Below the pieces are notes generated by a model that searched no databases, was not told where the DNA came from, and worked only from the letters and a program-made list of their open reading frames with translations. 64,000 bases of DNA from a bacterium (lineage in GTDB: Bacteria > CLD3 > SB21). The position numbers were made by a program, and so were the translations under genes. The stretch spans positions 62,001 through 126,000 of the forward strand of contig JABWCP010000009.1 of assembly GCA_013360215.1 (NCBI GenBank), in the 5' to 3' direction. This document shows, one piece after another, positions 14,009 to 24,545 of the stretch (position 1 is its first letter; every line of letters begins with the position of its first letter).

Positions 14009-15850
14009 TTACAAAACTTCCAGCACATCGAACGCCATTTCAAATTTATTAAATGGCGGCATTATGTAGACGCCGTCCACCATAGACTTCGCTTCGCGAA
14101 GAAATTCTTTGGCTATCAAAACGCCCTCCTCCTGCCCGCGGTCGCCGGCTTTAGTCATACGTTCCCGGATATTTTCAGGAATCGTAATATCCGGAATTTC
14201 ATGATGCATGAAATTCGCATGTTTGGCATTTTTTAGAGGCATGATACCCAAAAGAACCGGGATTTTGCCTTTGTATTTTTCGGCAAAATCTTCCAGCGGC
14301 TTGAGATCATACAAAACCTGTGTCATTGCAAAGTCCGCTCCCGACGCGATTTTTTGATCATACCGGTCATACTCGCGCGCCATATCTACGGCTGTCGGAT
14401 TAACCGCGCACGACTTAAAAAAATTAGTACGCGAACCGATGGATTTCCCGGCTAAATCAATGCCGTTATTCAGATTGCGAATCAAATTAATCAAGCCGAT
14501 CGAATCCACATCGAAAACCCCTGTGGCGTTGGGATAATCACCGACCAGCGGCGGGTCACCGGTAATGCCGAGTATCGTGCGAATGTGCATGACGTGCGCG
14601 CTCATCAGTTCGGACTGCATGGCGATCAGATTACGGTCACGGCACGAAAAATGTAATATCGTTTCGATCTGAACGCTTTGTTTAATCAACCCGGCCATAG
14701 CCAAAGGCGTCATTCCGGCTTTCGCCAACGGATTGTCGGCAATATTGATGGCATCCACATTATGCCGGCGGCACATTACCGCACCTTCGATGACCTTATC
14801 GTAATTCAGTCCACGCGGCGGATCCAATTCCACGCTGATAACAAATTTTTTATCGCGAAATTTATCGATGAGCGAGGAGCGTAGATGCGATGTAGGTTGT
14901 TCGGCTTTGGACGATTCTTCCGTTTCGATGACCACCGTTTTCTTTTCGATCTTTTTCGGCGGCTGATCGCCGATAGCTTTTTTGATTTGACGAATATGCT
15001 CCGGTGTCGTACCGCAACATCCACCGATAATATTAGCACCGGCCTGCATATAAAGTTTGGCGTAATCGGAAAAATAATCCGGCGACGCCAAATAAATGTA
15101 TCTCCCACCGACGAGCCGCGGCAATCCGGCGTTGGGCTGAACGGAAAATCCGATATCCGGAACGATATTTATTTTTTCCAGCACTTCCAGCAGCGCCTGC
15201 GGTCCGACGGAACAATTGGCACCCACGACATTAGCGCCCGCTTCTTTGAGTACACGCGCCACTTCGGATGGTTTATTACCCATCAGCGTTTTGGCTTCAT
15301 CGTTAAATGTCATTTGCGCGACGATGGGAAGACCCGTGACACTACGTGCCCCTGTGACGGCTTCGCGCGCTTCCTCGAGATCACCGATCGTTTCGATCAT
15401 CAAAAGATCGGCGCCGTTATCGGCTAGAATTTTGGCCTGTTCGGCAAAATAAGCCCGCGCTTCGGCATGCGTTATTTTTCCGATCGGTTCCAGTGGTTTA
15501 CCCAACGGCCCTATCGAACCGGCCACAAAAATACGCCGACCCAACGCTTCTGTTTTATATTTAGCCGTCGTCACGGCAATACGAACCCCCGCGGCATTCA
15601 CAGCTTGAATTTTCTCTTCTAAGCCGTGATGCATCAGACGAAAACGATTACCGCCAAACGTGTTGGTTTCGATAATGTCCGCCCCGGCATCAATATAAGC
15701 TTCATGTATGGCACGTACCATTTCCGGATGAGATAAATTGATCTCATCAAAACAGTGATCAAATGAAATTCCTTTTTCATACAAAACCGTACCCATCGCT
15801 CCGTCACATACCAATACCCGTTTGGCGAGGGTTTCTAAAAATTCACTCAT
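14009..15850 (-). CDS. yitJ: Bifunctional homocysteine S-methyltransferase / methylenetetrahydrofolate reductase
   Basis: DGAMGT, ETNTFG, GANCS, GGCCGTTP, followed by an MTHFR domain (VELDPP, CRDRN, TGDPP). Confidence 0.92.
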   Translation of the reverse strand: MSEFLETLAKRVLVCDGAMGTVLYEKGISFDHCFDEINLSHPEMVRAIHEAYIDAGADIIETNTFGGNRFRLMHHGLEEKIQAVNAAGVRIAVTTAKYKTEALGRRIFVAGSIGPLGKPLEPIGKITHAEARAYFAEQAKILADNGADLLMIETIGDLEEAREAVTGARSVTGLPIVAQMTFNDEAKTLMGNKPSEVARVLKEAGANVVGANCSVGPQALLEVLEKINIVPDIGFSVQPNAGLPRLVGGRYIYLASPDYFSDYAKLYMQAGANIIGGCCGTTPEHIRQIKKAIGDQPPKKIEKKTVVIETEESSKAEQPTSHLRSSLIDKFRDKKFVISVELDPPRGLNYDKVIEGAVMCRRHNVDAINIADNPLAKAGMTPLAMAGLIKQSVQIETILHFSCRDRNLIAMQSELMSAHVMHIRTILGITGDPPLVGDYPNATGVFDVDSIGLINLIRNLNNGIDLAGKSIGSRTNFFKSCAVNPTAVDMAREYDRYDQKIASGADFAMTQVLYDLKPLEDFAEKYKGKIPVLLGIMPLKNAKHANFMHHEIPDITIPENIRERMTKAGDRGQEEGVLIAKEFLREAKSMVDGVYIMPPFNKFEMAFDVLEVL

Positions 15851-15910
15851 ACCTGTGTCTATTCCGATTATGGTTAATTATATAAATAATACAGCGTCGG
15901 AGGCCTTTCT

Positions 15911-17779
15911 TCAATGACTTTCTTCGTCGTCACGGCTTTCGAAATACGCATAGATTTGGCGTGCCACATCGCCGGGAATGCCTTCAACCAGCATGATTTC
16001 CTCCAGTCCGGCCTCGGATAACGCTTGAACGGAACCAAAGTGTTGTAGCAATAACGTACGCCGCTTTTCGCCGACACCTTCGATCTGATCAATTTCCGAT
16101 ACCAATGTGCGCTTATCGCGCAAACTGCGGTGAAATGTAATGGCAAACCGATGCGCTTCGTCTCTCACATGTTGTAGAAGTTTGATGGCCGAGGACGTTT
16201 TGGGAATCATGATCGCATCATGCACATCCGGTATGAAAATTTCTTCCAGGCGTTTGGCCAAACCGACGATGGCCTGCCCCTCCGATCCCGCGCGCGAAAC
16301 GACGATGCCAAGTGCTTCCAACGCTTTTACCGCAGCTGACAACTGCCCTTTTCCGCCGTCCACGACGATCAGATCGGGAAAATCCAAACCTTCCTCAAGT
16401 ACGCGCAGATAACGGCGTGTGATGATTTCATGCATACTGGCAAAATCATCCGGGCCTTCCACCGTTTTGATTTTAAATTTTCGATAATCGCCTTTTTTCG
16501 GTTTGCCGTCCACAAAGACCACCATGGAAGCCACCGGATCCGTACCTTGAATATTGGAATTATCAAAACATTCGATACGCCGCGGAATACGTTGTAAGGA
16601 CAGATCGCGTTTGAGACTCTCGAGTACGCGCGGTACGAATTGCTCTTTGGCTTTGAGACGCTGGAGTTTAAGTTCGCCTAAAAGAAGTTCCGCATTGCGC
16701 TCGCACATGGTTACGAGTTTATGTTTTTCACCGATTTTAGGTACGACCAATTCGACGCGTTCACCGGATTTTTGCGTTAGCCAGGTGGTCAGTGCATTTT
16801 CCTCCGACAGCGCCTGCGGTAAATAAATATGCCGGGGTACAAAATCCGCCTGCATATAATATCCCTGAAGCAACGATTCGAGCACTTCTTCCGGCGCTTT
16901 ATCCGTGACGTGGCTGAAATAATAATGCTGGCGTCCGATCAGTTTACCGTCTCTAATTTTAAATATAACGCCGCACGCATCATCCGCTTCGATCGCTACC
17001 GCCGCTATGTCCCGGTCAGCCATATCTTCAAACATCACTTTTTGCGCGGCCGTATAATTTTCGATAGATGCAATCCGATCACGTAAACGCGCCGCTTCTT
17101 CAAACTTCATCGCGTCGGCATACGATTGCATGGCGACTTTCAGTTGGCGAATCAACTCACCGGTTTTGCCGTTAAGGAAACGCGTCATTTGATCAACGAC
17201 AGCGCGATAGTCTTCTTTAGTGACGAACCCTTGGCAGGGACCGTCGCATTTTTTGATATGATAGTCGAGACAGAGTTTGATTTTTTTGGATTCTACCAAT
17301 TCCGGTGTGAAATAATGCCGGCAGCTTCGAATCGGAAAAATGCGATGGAGTGTTTTGAGCGTGTGCCGCAAATTTTTCACATCTGTATAAGGACCGAAAA
17401 ATTTTCCGCCGCCGCGCTCTTTTTCGCGCGTTACATAGATGCGGGGAAACATCTCATCCGTAACTTTGATGTAGGGAAAACTTTTATCGTCTTTAAGTTC
17501 GATATTGTAACGGGGCTTATGTTCTTTGACCAAATTGGATTCGAGGATCAACGCTTCGATTTCCGAATCGGTTTGAATGATCTCGAGATCAACCACTTTG
17601 GAAACCATGACCGCTACTTTAGTATCATCGCGTTTTCCTTCTTGAAAATACTGGCGCACGCGATTTCTTAAAATTTTGGCCTTGCCGATGTATATGATCT
17701 TACCTTCACCGTTTTTAAAAAGATAACATCCCGGCGTTTTGGGTAAGTGTTCGAGTTTATGTTCCAGAATATCATTCAT
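15911..17779 (-). CDS. uvrC: Excinuclease ABC subunit C
   Basis: GIY-YIG (PGCYLF...IYIGKAK), UVR domain, ECFDNS, DGGKGQ, RDEAHRFA, HhH. Confidence 0.98.
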   Translation of the reverse strand: MNDILEHKLEHLPKTPGCYLFKNGEGKIIYIGKAKILRNRVRQYFQEGKRDDTKVAVMVSKVVDLEIIQTDSEIEALILESNLVKEHKPRYNIELKDDKSFPYIKVTDEMFPRIYVTREKERGGGKFFGPYTDVKNLRHTLKTLHRIFPIRSCRHYFTPELVESKKIKLCLDYHIKKCDGPCQGFVTKEDYRAVVDQMTRFLNGKTGELIRQLKVAMQSYADAMKFEEAARLRDRIASIENYTAAQKVMFEDMADRDIAAVAIEADDACGVIFKIRDGKLIGRQHYYFSHVTDKAPEEVLESLLQGYYMQADFVPRHIYLPQALSEENALTTWLTQKSGERVELVVPKIGEKHKLVTMCERNAELLLGELKLQRLKAKEQFVPRVLESLKRDLSLQRIPRRIECFDNSNIQGTDPVASMVVFVDGKPKKGDYRKFKIKTVEGPDDFASMHEIITRRYLRVLEEGLDFPDLIVVDGGKGQLSAAVKALEALGIVVSRAGSEGQAIVGLAKRLEEIFIPDVHDAIMIPKTSSAIKLLQHVRDEAHRFAITFHRSLRDKRTLVSEIDQIEGVGEKRRTLLLQHFGSVQALSEAGLEEIMLVEGIPGDVARQIYAYFESRDDEESH

Positions 17780-17938
17780 GGCTGCAATTATACATTTTTT
17801 CCGATTGATATGCCACAGGCGCGGCGTCTAGTAGTTAAGCAAAGCGAGACATACCGAGATGAGCACTGTTCGACTCAATACGAATCTCTACTCTACGAGC
17901 AACGTATTCTAATTAATCAACCATTCAAATCAACGGAC

Positions 17939-17970
17939 AAAAAAACCTCTTCGTTTCAACAAAGAGGTTT
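17939..17970 (-). terminator. Intrinsic terminator
   Basis: AAACCTCTT...AAGAGGTTT stem followed by a T-run on the minus strand, just after the stop at 17997. Confidence 0.6.
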
Positions 17971-17996
17971 CATAAAAATGAAAAATTTTATTCCGG

Positions 17997-18290
17997 CTAT
18001 TCTTCCGAATCTGTCAATTCCAATTCATCCTGCGTTGCGCGTTTGCGCTCGCTCTCGATGATGGTCATAACCGGCTTAGGCACTTCGATACCCGTAAGAT
18101 CGAAAGGAGCCAATTCTCGCGCTAAAATATTGATCCGGCGATCAATCATGTGACGTTTATTGAGCAAAATCCACTGCGTATCATCTTTGACGCACATGCC
18201 TCCGGCAAAATCGCCTTTTTCATGCCGCACCTTCAGTCCTAGCTTCGCAGCAATATCTTCTAACGTATCGAGTATTTTTTCTTTTTTCAT
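17997..18290 (-). CDS. Small hypothetical protein, possibly a degenerate ImmA/IrrE-like fold
   Basis: GGMC...ILLNK...INILAREL pattern; 7-bp gap from manC. Confidence 0.7.
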   Translation of the reverse strand: MKKEKILDTLEDIAAKLGLKVRHEKGDFAGGMCVKDDTQWILLNKRHMIDRRINILARELAPFDLTGIEVPKPVMTIIESERKRATQDELELTDSEE

Positions 18291-18297
18291 GAGCTAC

Positions 18298-19389
18298 TTA
18301 TAAAAGTTCGTTTTTTTTCTGCGCCTGCAGTGTTTCTACTATCTTTTTTACATCCTGGGCACGATCACGCGGACAGATCATCAAAGCATCTTCGGTTTCA
18401 ACAACGATCAAATCACTGACTCCGACAAGCGCGATCGTTTTTCCCGGGCTGAATAATAATGAATTATTAGCTTCGATGCAAACGGCTTGACCGATGACCG
18501 CATTACCATTTTCATCTTTATTTGAAAGCTGATACACCTCTTCCCAGCTTCCGACGTCATTCCAGCGAAAATGACCTTTGAGAACATAAACTTCTTTAGT
18601 GTGTTCCATCACGCCGTAATCTATAGATATACCCTTGATACGACGATAGACCTGATCTACTGTTGCCGTATAATCCGCTGTACCGATCGTCGGTTTGATT
18701 TCTACAAGGCCTTCATACAGTTCCGGAAGATGCATTTCGATCAATCGTAATATTGTCGAGGCTTTCCATACAAACATCCCGCTATTCCACAAAAAATCAC
18801 CGGTCGCAATAAAACTTTTCGCCGTTTCAAGGTTCGGTTTTTCGGCAAAGGTTTTCACCCGATAAGCTTTTTCACCGCGGGCTTCGAGCGATTCGTTTTC
18901 TATAAATTGAATATAACCGTAGCCGGTTTCCGGACGCGTAGGTACAATCCCGATCGTCACACACGCCTCCGTGCGAAGTGCTACTTCAGCCGCGGCCTCA
19001 ACGGTTTTACAAAATACGTCATCCGGTGTGATAAGATGATCGGCGGCTAAAACTACCATCACACCATTCGGATCTTTTTCCATCACATGGAGCGCGGCAA
19101 GGCCGATACAGGGAGCCGTATTACGACCCACCGGTTCTACGAGAATATTCGGCGAAGGCAATTGCGGCAATTGGCGATGCACTTCGGATGCCTGCGCCTG
19201 ATTGGTCACAACCAAAATTTCAGACGGTTTTGCGATGGAAGTGATACGGTTTACCGTATGTTGTATCATCGTATGTTCGCCGAAAATATTCAGCAGTTGC
19301 TTGGGACGATGCGCCCGGCTGCGAGGCCAAAATCGGGTCCCCGATCCGCCCGCCATAATCACGGGATATATCATATTTTTTTCATTCAC
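18298..19389 (-). CDS. manC: Mannose-1-phosphate guanylyltransferase
   Basis: MAGGSGTRFWPRSR...PKQ, EPVGRNTAP, PETGYGY, EKP, WNSGMF, SIDYGVME, WNDVGSW; no PMI cupin. Confidence 0.93.
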   Translation of the reverse strand: MNEKNMIYPVIMAGGSGTRFWPRSRAHRPKQLLNIFGEHTMIQHTVNRITSIAKPSEILVVTNQAQASEVHRQLPQLPSPNILVEPVGRNTAPCIGLAALHVMEKDPNGVMVVLAADHLITPDDVFCKTVEAAAEVALRTEACVTIGIVPTRPETGYGYIQFIENESLEARGEKAYRVKTFAEKPNLETAKSFIATGDFLWNSGMFVWKASTILRLIEMHLPELYEGLVEIKPTIGTADYTATVDQVYRRIKGISIDYGVMEHTKEVYVLKGHFRWNDVGSWEEVYQLSNKDENGNAVIGQAVCIEANNSLLFSPGKTIALVGVSDLIVVETEDALMICPRDRAQDVKKIVETLQAQKKNELL

Positions 19390-19492
19390 GTTAAAGGATG
19401 TCGTTTACCAAAAATTCATCGATGGTAGCATGTTTCAAAAAATGCGCGTGAAAATAAGAGGGTTTGAGGTGAATGGCAAGCAAAAGTCCTGA

Positions 19493-20503
19493 TCATTCCC
19501 AGTCGGCTTTGAGAACCATACGATAGCGTACTTTATTTGCTCGCAGTCTGGCGACAGCCTCCTGTGCCTGTTTCATAGGCAGTTCTTCGACCATCGGACG
19601 TACATGATGTTGTGCGGCAAAATCCAGCATCGTTCGCATGGTCTCAGGACTTCCGACCACACTGCCGGTTACGATCTTTTGACCGTCAAGCAGTATATCC
19701 GGAGAAATGCGAATTTCCTCAGCAGGATAGCCTAACAAACACAATACGCCGCCCCAAGTCAAATGCCGCAACCAATGATTCCAGTCCAGCGAAGCGGCGG
19801 TTGCTGCGATCATCAGGTCAAACGTACCCTTTGGTGCAGAGTCTGTTAAAGCCGCCTGATGTGCGCCTAATTCTTTCGCTAAGGTAAGGCGGTCCTCAGA
19901 CAGATCAAACGCGGTGACTTTACTTCCCATACGCGCCGCAAATTGGACGGCAAGATGCCCTAGCCCGCCCATACCGATAATCCCGATGTGTCTTGTTTTC
20001 GGAGTAACCCACGTTTGCAAGGCACTAAAAACCGTAAGCCCCGCGCACATAAGTGGCGCAGCATGAACAGACGGCATCGTCTCGGGAATAAGATAAACAA
20101 AATGCTGATGCGCGCGCACGTATTCGGCAAATCCGCCGTATTGATTAACGCAGGTTCGTTTTTTTCCGACTTCACACAGATGAGCACGACCGGTGGTACA
20201 AACTTCGCATAGCCCGCAGGAACCGCATTGCCAACCGATACCCACACGCTGGCCGGGCTTCAGATCACGAACGGAAGCCCCGGTTTGAATAATATGCCCG
20301 ATGATTTCATGCCCCGGTACGAAAGGAAAAGTGCATGCCCAGTCGCCGTCCATCAGATGTAAATCGCTGTGACACAAAGCACAGTATTCGACTTTGATTT
20401 CGATTTCATCAGCACCTAAAGACGCTCGATCATATTCAAAAGCAGAAAGTGGCGCACCGGGAGCGTGAACAGCTAAAGCACGTATTGTTTTAGATTGGGA
20501 CAT
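19493..20503 (-). CDS. Zn-dependent NAD(P) alcohol dehydrogenase/aldehyde reductase (CAD/Ahr-like)
   Basis: CHSDLH, PGHE, structural Zn CxxCxxC...C, GMGGLG. Confidence 0.92.
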   Translation of the reverse strand: MSQSKTIRALAVHAPGAPLSAFEYDRASLGADEIEIKVEYCALCHSDLHLMDGDWACTFPFVPGHEIIGHIIQTGASVRDLKPGQRVGIGWQCGSCGLCEVCTTGRAHLCEVGKKRTCVNQYGGFAEYVRAHQHFVYLIPETMPSVHAAPLMCAGLTVFSALQTWVTPKTRHIGIIGMGGLGHLAVQFAARMGSKVTAFDLSEDRLTLAKELGAHQAALTDSAPKGTFDLMIAATAASLDWNHWLRHLTWGGVLCLLGYPAEEIRISPDILLDGQKIVTGSVVGSPETMRTMLDFAAQHHVRPMVEELPMKQAQEAVARLRANKVRYRMVLKADWE

Positions 20504-20598
20504 TTTAATCTGTACGCATGCAGGCGTTAATTATGCCAAGAGAAAGAAAACGATGACTTCGTATTTATTAACGAGAATACATGTCGTGGCATTCTATT

Positions 20599-22221
20599 TT
20601 AATTAGAACCGCCGCCCGCGCGATCTTCGTTTATCTCAATATGCGTTGTGGTTTCGCCGGAGCGAACCATTTTTTCGCGGCGTTCCATTTCGGCCAAACC
20701 TTTACGCGCCATCGTATTGTCGGGATTGTTTTTCAGCAATTGCAACCAGACTTTGCGGGACGACTCGAAATCTTCTTTCCACATGTAAACATACCCGAGG
20801 TTGACATAGGCATCGGTATAATCCCGCTTGATCTGAATAGCCAGAAAAATATGTTTCAGGCTTTCTTCCCAGCGGTGTGCTGTACCCAACATATAGCCGA
20901 GATTATTGTGCGCTTGAGCATTGTAGGCGTTGATTTCAATCGCCTTCTCTGTCATAATCATACCGGAATCGGCCTGACCGTGATAAAACATGGCCACACC
21001 GAGATTGACATACGCATCATCGTAGGTCGGATCTTGTTCGATAGCTTTATAGTAGGTTCGAATGCGCTCCGCATGGTTTTCCGTTTTTAATGCGGCTTGC
21101 AAAAGCGTGTACGCCGTCGCTTTGCGCGCACCGCTCAAGATTTTACGTACATGATCGAGATTGTATCGCGCCCCCGCCATCGCCGGATCAGCGACCAGAG
21201 CCTGTTCAAAATAGGTGACCGCTTTTTTATAAAACTCATCCGAACGGTTTTTATCGCCGCCCGCCAAAGCCTGATTACCGAGAGTAAAATACACATAACC
21301 AAGATTATTCAGTGCTTTGCTGGATGATGGTTGATACGTCAATGCGCGTTGGAAAAAACCGATCGCTTTGGGATAATCACTACGGGAAAAAAAGATCGCG
21401 CCGATTTCGGTGTACCCTTCGTGCATTTCCGGGCGCAACGAAACCGCTTTGCTCAAATGTTTCAATGCATTATCGTAGTCCAGCTTTTCCAAATACGTTT
21501 TACCGATAAAGTAGTGAATCTTATAGTTAGCCGAGGTGTCCTCCTCGAGATAAGCAATCGCGGATTGAAATTTTTCTATCGCTTTATCGTACGATACATC
21601 GGTAAATAATTTCAAACCTTCTTCGTAGGCCTGCGTGCCGATCGTATAATCTACCCAATGTACCGCTTCGGAATCGCCGGGCAGATAGCTTAGCATCGTT
21701 TCAAATGAGGCCCGCGCTTTGTCATAATCGCCTTTGACAAAATAGACAAAACCCAACTCACGATACACGTCTATCAAAGTCGAATCCGATTCGATCGCAC
21801 GTTTGAATTCTAACTCGGCTTTAAAATATTCCTGCCGCTGATAAAACAATGTTCCAAGCACGTAGTGCGCCGCCGCTATCGTCGGGTTGTCGTCGGCATG
21901 CTCCAGTATTTTAACCCACACGGGTAGCGCTTCATCAAAATCGCCTTTTTCGTACAGCGAATCCCCCACAGCACGAAGCTCTATCTTTTCCTCAGCAGAA
22001 AGCACGGTTTTCGGAACAGAAACAACGGTGATTACAGGTTCAGAAGGCCCCTTTTTTTCTTCCGCAAGAGTTTCTGTTGTATGACCATGCTTGTCGGTCG
22101 AAGCAGATGCCGTCGTATTATTTTTAATACCCGGTTCCGGTTGTACAGCTGTGCGCGATGAACATCCGATCATCACCGACACAGTGATGCCTACCACCCA
22201 TAACGAAAGTTTTATTCTCAT
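20599..22221 (-). CDS. TPR-repeat lipoprotein
   Basis: Lipobox VMIGC and many TPRs (NNLGY repeats). Confidence 0.85.
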   Translation of the reverse strand: MRIKLSLWVVGITVSVMIGCSSRTAVQPEPGIKNNTTASASTDKHGHTTETLAEEKKGPSEPVITVVSVPKTVLSAEEKIELRAVGDSLYEKGDFDEALPVWVKILEHADDNPTIAAAHYVLGTLFYQRQEYFKAELEFKRAIESDSTLIDVYRELGFVYFVKGDYDKARASFETMLSYLPGDSEAVHWVDYTIGTQAYEEGLKLFTDVSYDKAIEKFQSAIAYLEEDTSANYKIHYFIGKTYLEKLDYDNALKHLSKAVSLRPEMHEGYTEIGAIFFSRSDYPKAIGFFQRALTYQPSSSKALNNLGYVYFTLGNQALAGGDKNRSDEFYKKAVTYFEQALVADPAMAGARYNLDHVRKILSGARKATAYTLLQAALKTENHAERIRTYYKAIEQDPTYDDAYVNLGVAMFYHGQADSGMIMTEKAIEINAYNAQAHNNLGYMLGTAHRWEESLKHIFLAIQIKRDYTDAYVNLGYVYMWKEDFESSRKVWLQLLKNNPDNTMARKGLAEMERREKMVRSGETTTHIEINEDRAGGGSN

Positions 22222-22237
22222 CTACTGCCCTCTATTT

Positions 22238-22648
22238 TTAATTGTGTGTAAAATCATCGGGATCAACGGCTTTTTTTAACATCGCTTGATTGATTACGAT
22301 CGTTTTGGCTGGTGCCTGATCAGGGGTAAAATTTTTTCCGATGACCGATTCTTCATCAAGGATTTTCAGTTCAAGATTGCCGATTTTCACCAAGTCGGAG
22401 AAGTTAAGTTCTGTAAAATAACCATGTTCCACTTTTTCGCCGTTCACCGAAGTTCCGTTCGTACTTTGTAAATCGGTAATATACATCAGGTTTTTTTTCC
22501 ACTTGATCTGCGCATGATAGCGCGATACGGAGTTATCGTCAATCATGAGCGTATTGTCAAATGCCCGACCGATGGTCACTTCCTGGTTTTCTTCCACGCG
22601 AAAATTTTTTCCGGTTTTGATCTGATGCAAATAATAGATGCTTTTCAT
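22238..22648 (-). CDS. FHA-domain protein
   Basis: IGR...VSRYHA...STNGT phosphothreonine-binding signature is intact. Confidence 0.9.
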   Translation of the reverse strand: MKSIYYLHQIKTGKNFRVEENQEVTIGRAFDNTLMIDDNSVSRYHAQIKWKKNLMYITDLQSTNGTSVNGEKVEHGYFTELNFSDLVKIGNLELKILDEESVIGKNFTPDQAPAKTIVINQAMLKKAVDPDDFTHN

Positions 22649-22651
22649 GGC

Positions 22652-24397
22652 TTATTTCCTGAAACGAATTTGAATATTAGATGTTTCCCAGTTTTTACGA
22701 ACCGTCACCGTATCGTTATAACTTGCAAATCGCTCCGGTCGAATGATCGGCGCTGTTTGGCCGAATGAAAATACGCCGTTACTATCCCGGTCACGGAATG
22801 CAAGAAAATTATACTTCCCGGGCAGCATCCCGTCCAGAGTAAAAGCCCCCGGTGATGGTACGATCAATGTATAATCGCGCCCGCTGCGATTGAGATTACG
22901 TGCCGTTACATGGTACATTCCATGATCATCGGAAGATTCGTCCGCAATCATACCCGATACCGTACCGACGGTGTCTTCCGGCATGGCGACCAAACGCCAA
23001 ACCATCGTCGTGTCAAACGCCGGACGACCGGACCAATCCCGTAATATCTTACCGTCCACATGCACCTCATACGGCATACGCCCCCGGAGGTTGCGCGCCG
23101 GTATGAATTTCCCGGATGCCGAATGCATCCAAAAAAAAGTTCCGTTTACCGGGTTACCTAAAGTATCACGCAACACAAAAGCATTTTCCCACGTTGGACG
23201 TTCCAATCCGCGGTCGGATTTCCATCCGATAAAATCATTAACTGTGATCAACCCCGGCGTACCGTATGGGGAAGTCCATTCAATCTTGGCGCGCGCTGTT
23301 TCAAAACTACCCTCCGCGCGAAAATTAATTTGCTGAAAGGCAATCGAGTCGCCGGACAATCCATATATACCGCGCACATCGAGAATATACACGCGTTGGG
23401 AAGACATACTGTCACATAAAAGTCGAATTTCTTCAGTTGCGCCCGTCGTGACAAAATAGGCATCGCGTATCGCTACATCGGTACCGCTCAGGCTATCGCG
23501 AATTGAAAAATGCGAAGCTATATTTTCTGACCCGGCTTTGGTACCGTCATATCGACTTTCAGCCAAAACGCGGTTGATGCGAATCAAAACTTCATTAGAC
23601 CCGGTCATTTGTGCCAATTGTACAGCCATCGTCGTGGTGTCTTCTCTGAATACGGCGATATCCACAAATAACGCTTCTTTTGATGTATCCGCCAATATCA
23701 CATCGCGCGGCGCAAGGCCGATCATATCCTGCATCGGATGATACCTAAAATCTTCGCCTTGATCGGCTACGGCATAAATGCGGTAGGCTCCGTCAGCTAA
23801 ATACGAAAACCGATATTTGCCCTGTGCATCCACTTGGGTAATATAGTCGGCTCGTTTGGTGTAAATCATGCTGTCGCGTGAGGATGAATGACCGTTGAGT
23901 CTGTACGCCCATACACTCGGTTTAGTTTTGCCTTCCGATACGACCGTACCGGCGATGGAACCGGCGTCTATTTTATCACCTGTCGAAAAAGCAAAACTCC
24001 ATGCACTTTTAAATTTATTCTGATGTGCATCCATCGCGTCCGTGCCGATCGTGATGACGCAGGTACGGTTTTCTTCCAGCGAGTCTTTAAAACGAATCGT
24101 CAACGTCGCATCATCCCACGACAGATCCGGATCACGTGCCGGGAACGGTGCGATAAACAACGCTTTTTCAACCGAAGCTTTATTCATCGCTTCGGAAAAA
24201 GCCACCGTAACCTCCGTCCGACGGGATACTCTGGTCGAATCTTTGGCAGGAAACGTCGCTATCACCGTCGGCGGTTCCTTATCTTCCGGACCACCCCCTG
24301 GCGCACCGATCGTCGCACAGCCGCATAACAACAATAAAACGAAACTCCATCTGCGCGGGTCGTCTAATCTCAAAAAAAACGGTTTGATAATGTTCAA
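22652..24397 (-). CDS. Ig-like (SbsA/Big_5-type) domain lipoprotein
   Basis: Lipobox LCGC followed by PGGGPEDKEPP, FSE and FSTG; repeated beta-rich modules. Confidence 0.8.
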   Translation of the reverse strand: MNIIKPFFLRLDDPRRWSFVLLLLCGCATIGAPGGGPEDKEPPTVIATFPAKDSTRVSRRTEVTVAFSEAMNKASVEKALFIAPFPARDPDLSWDDATLTIRFKDSLEENRTCVITIGTDAMDAHQNKFKSAWSFAFSTGDKIDAGSIAGTVVSEGKTKPSVWAYRLNGHSSSRDSMIYTKRADYITQVDAQGKYRFSYLADGAYRIYAVADQGEDFRYHPMQDMIGLAPRDVILADTSKEALFVDIAVFREDTTTMAVQLAQMTGSNEVLIRINRVLAESRYDGTKAGSENIASHFSIRDSLSGTDVAIRDAYFVTTGATEEIRLLCDSMSSQRVYILDVRGIYGLSGDSIAFQQINFRAEGSFETARAKIEWTSPYGTPGLITVNDFIGWKSDRGLERPTWENAFVLRDTLGNPVNGTFFWMHSASGKFIPARNLRGRMPYEVHVDGKILRDWSGRPAFDTTMVWRLVAMPEDTVGTVSGMIADESSDDHGMYHVTARNLNRSGRDYTLIVPSPGAFTLDGMLPGKYNFLAFRDRDSNGVFSFGQTAPIIRPERFASYNDTVTVRKNWETSNIQIRFRK

Positions 24398-24470
24398 AAA
24401 TTTTAATCCTATGGGCGAATTGAGGAATAGAAACGGCTAATCGAATTATAAAAAAGTAATTTCTCTTTTC

Positions 24471-24517
24471 AAAAAAAAACAAACCCCGTGTTGCAGGTTT
24501 TTCCCACATACACGGGG
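24471..24517 (-). terminator. Intrinsic terminator
   Basis: CCCCGTGT...ACACGGGG stem with a long T-run on the minus strand downstream of the 24546 stop. Confidence 0.55.
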
Positions 24518-24545
24518 CCGTGTATTCATCATAATTTTTTGTTGA

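Noticed and set aside
15851-15910. SAM riboswitch upstream of yitJ
   Set aside because: Only 60 bp of intergenic DNA and no aptamer motifs.
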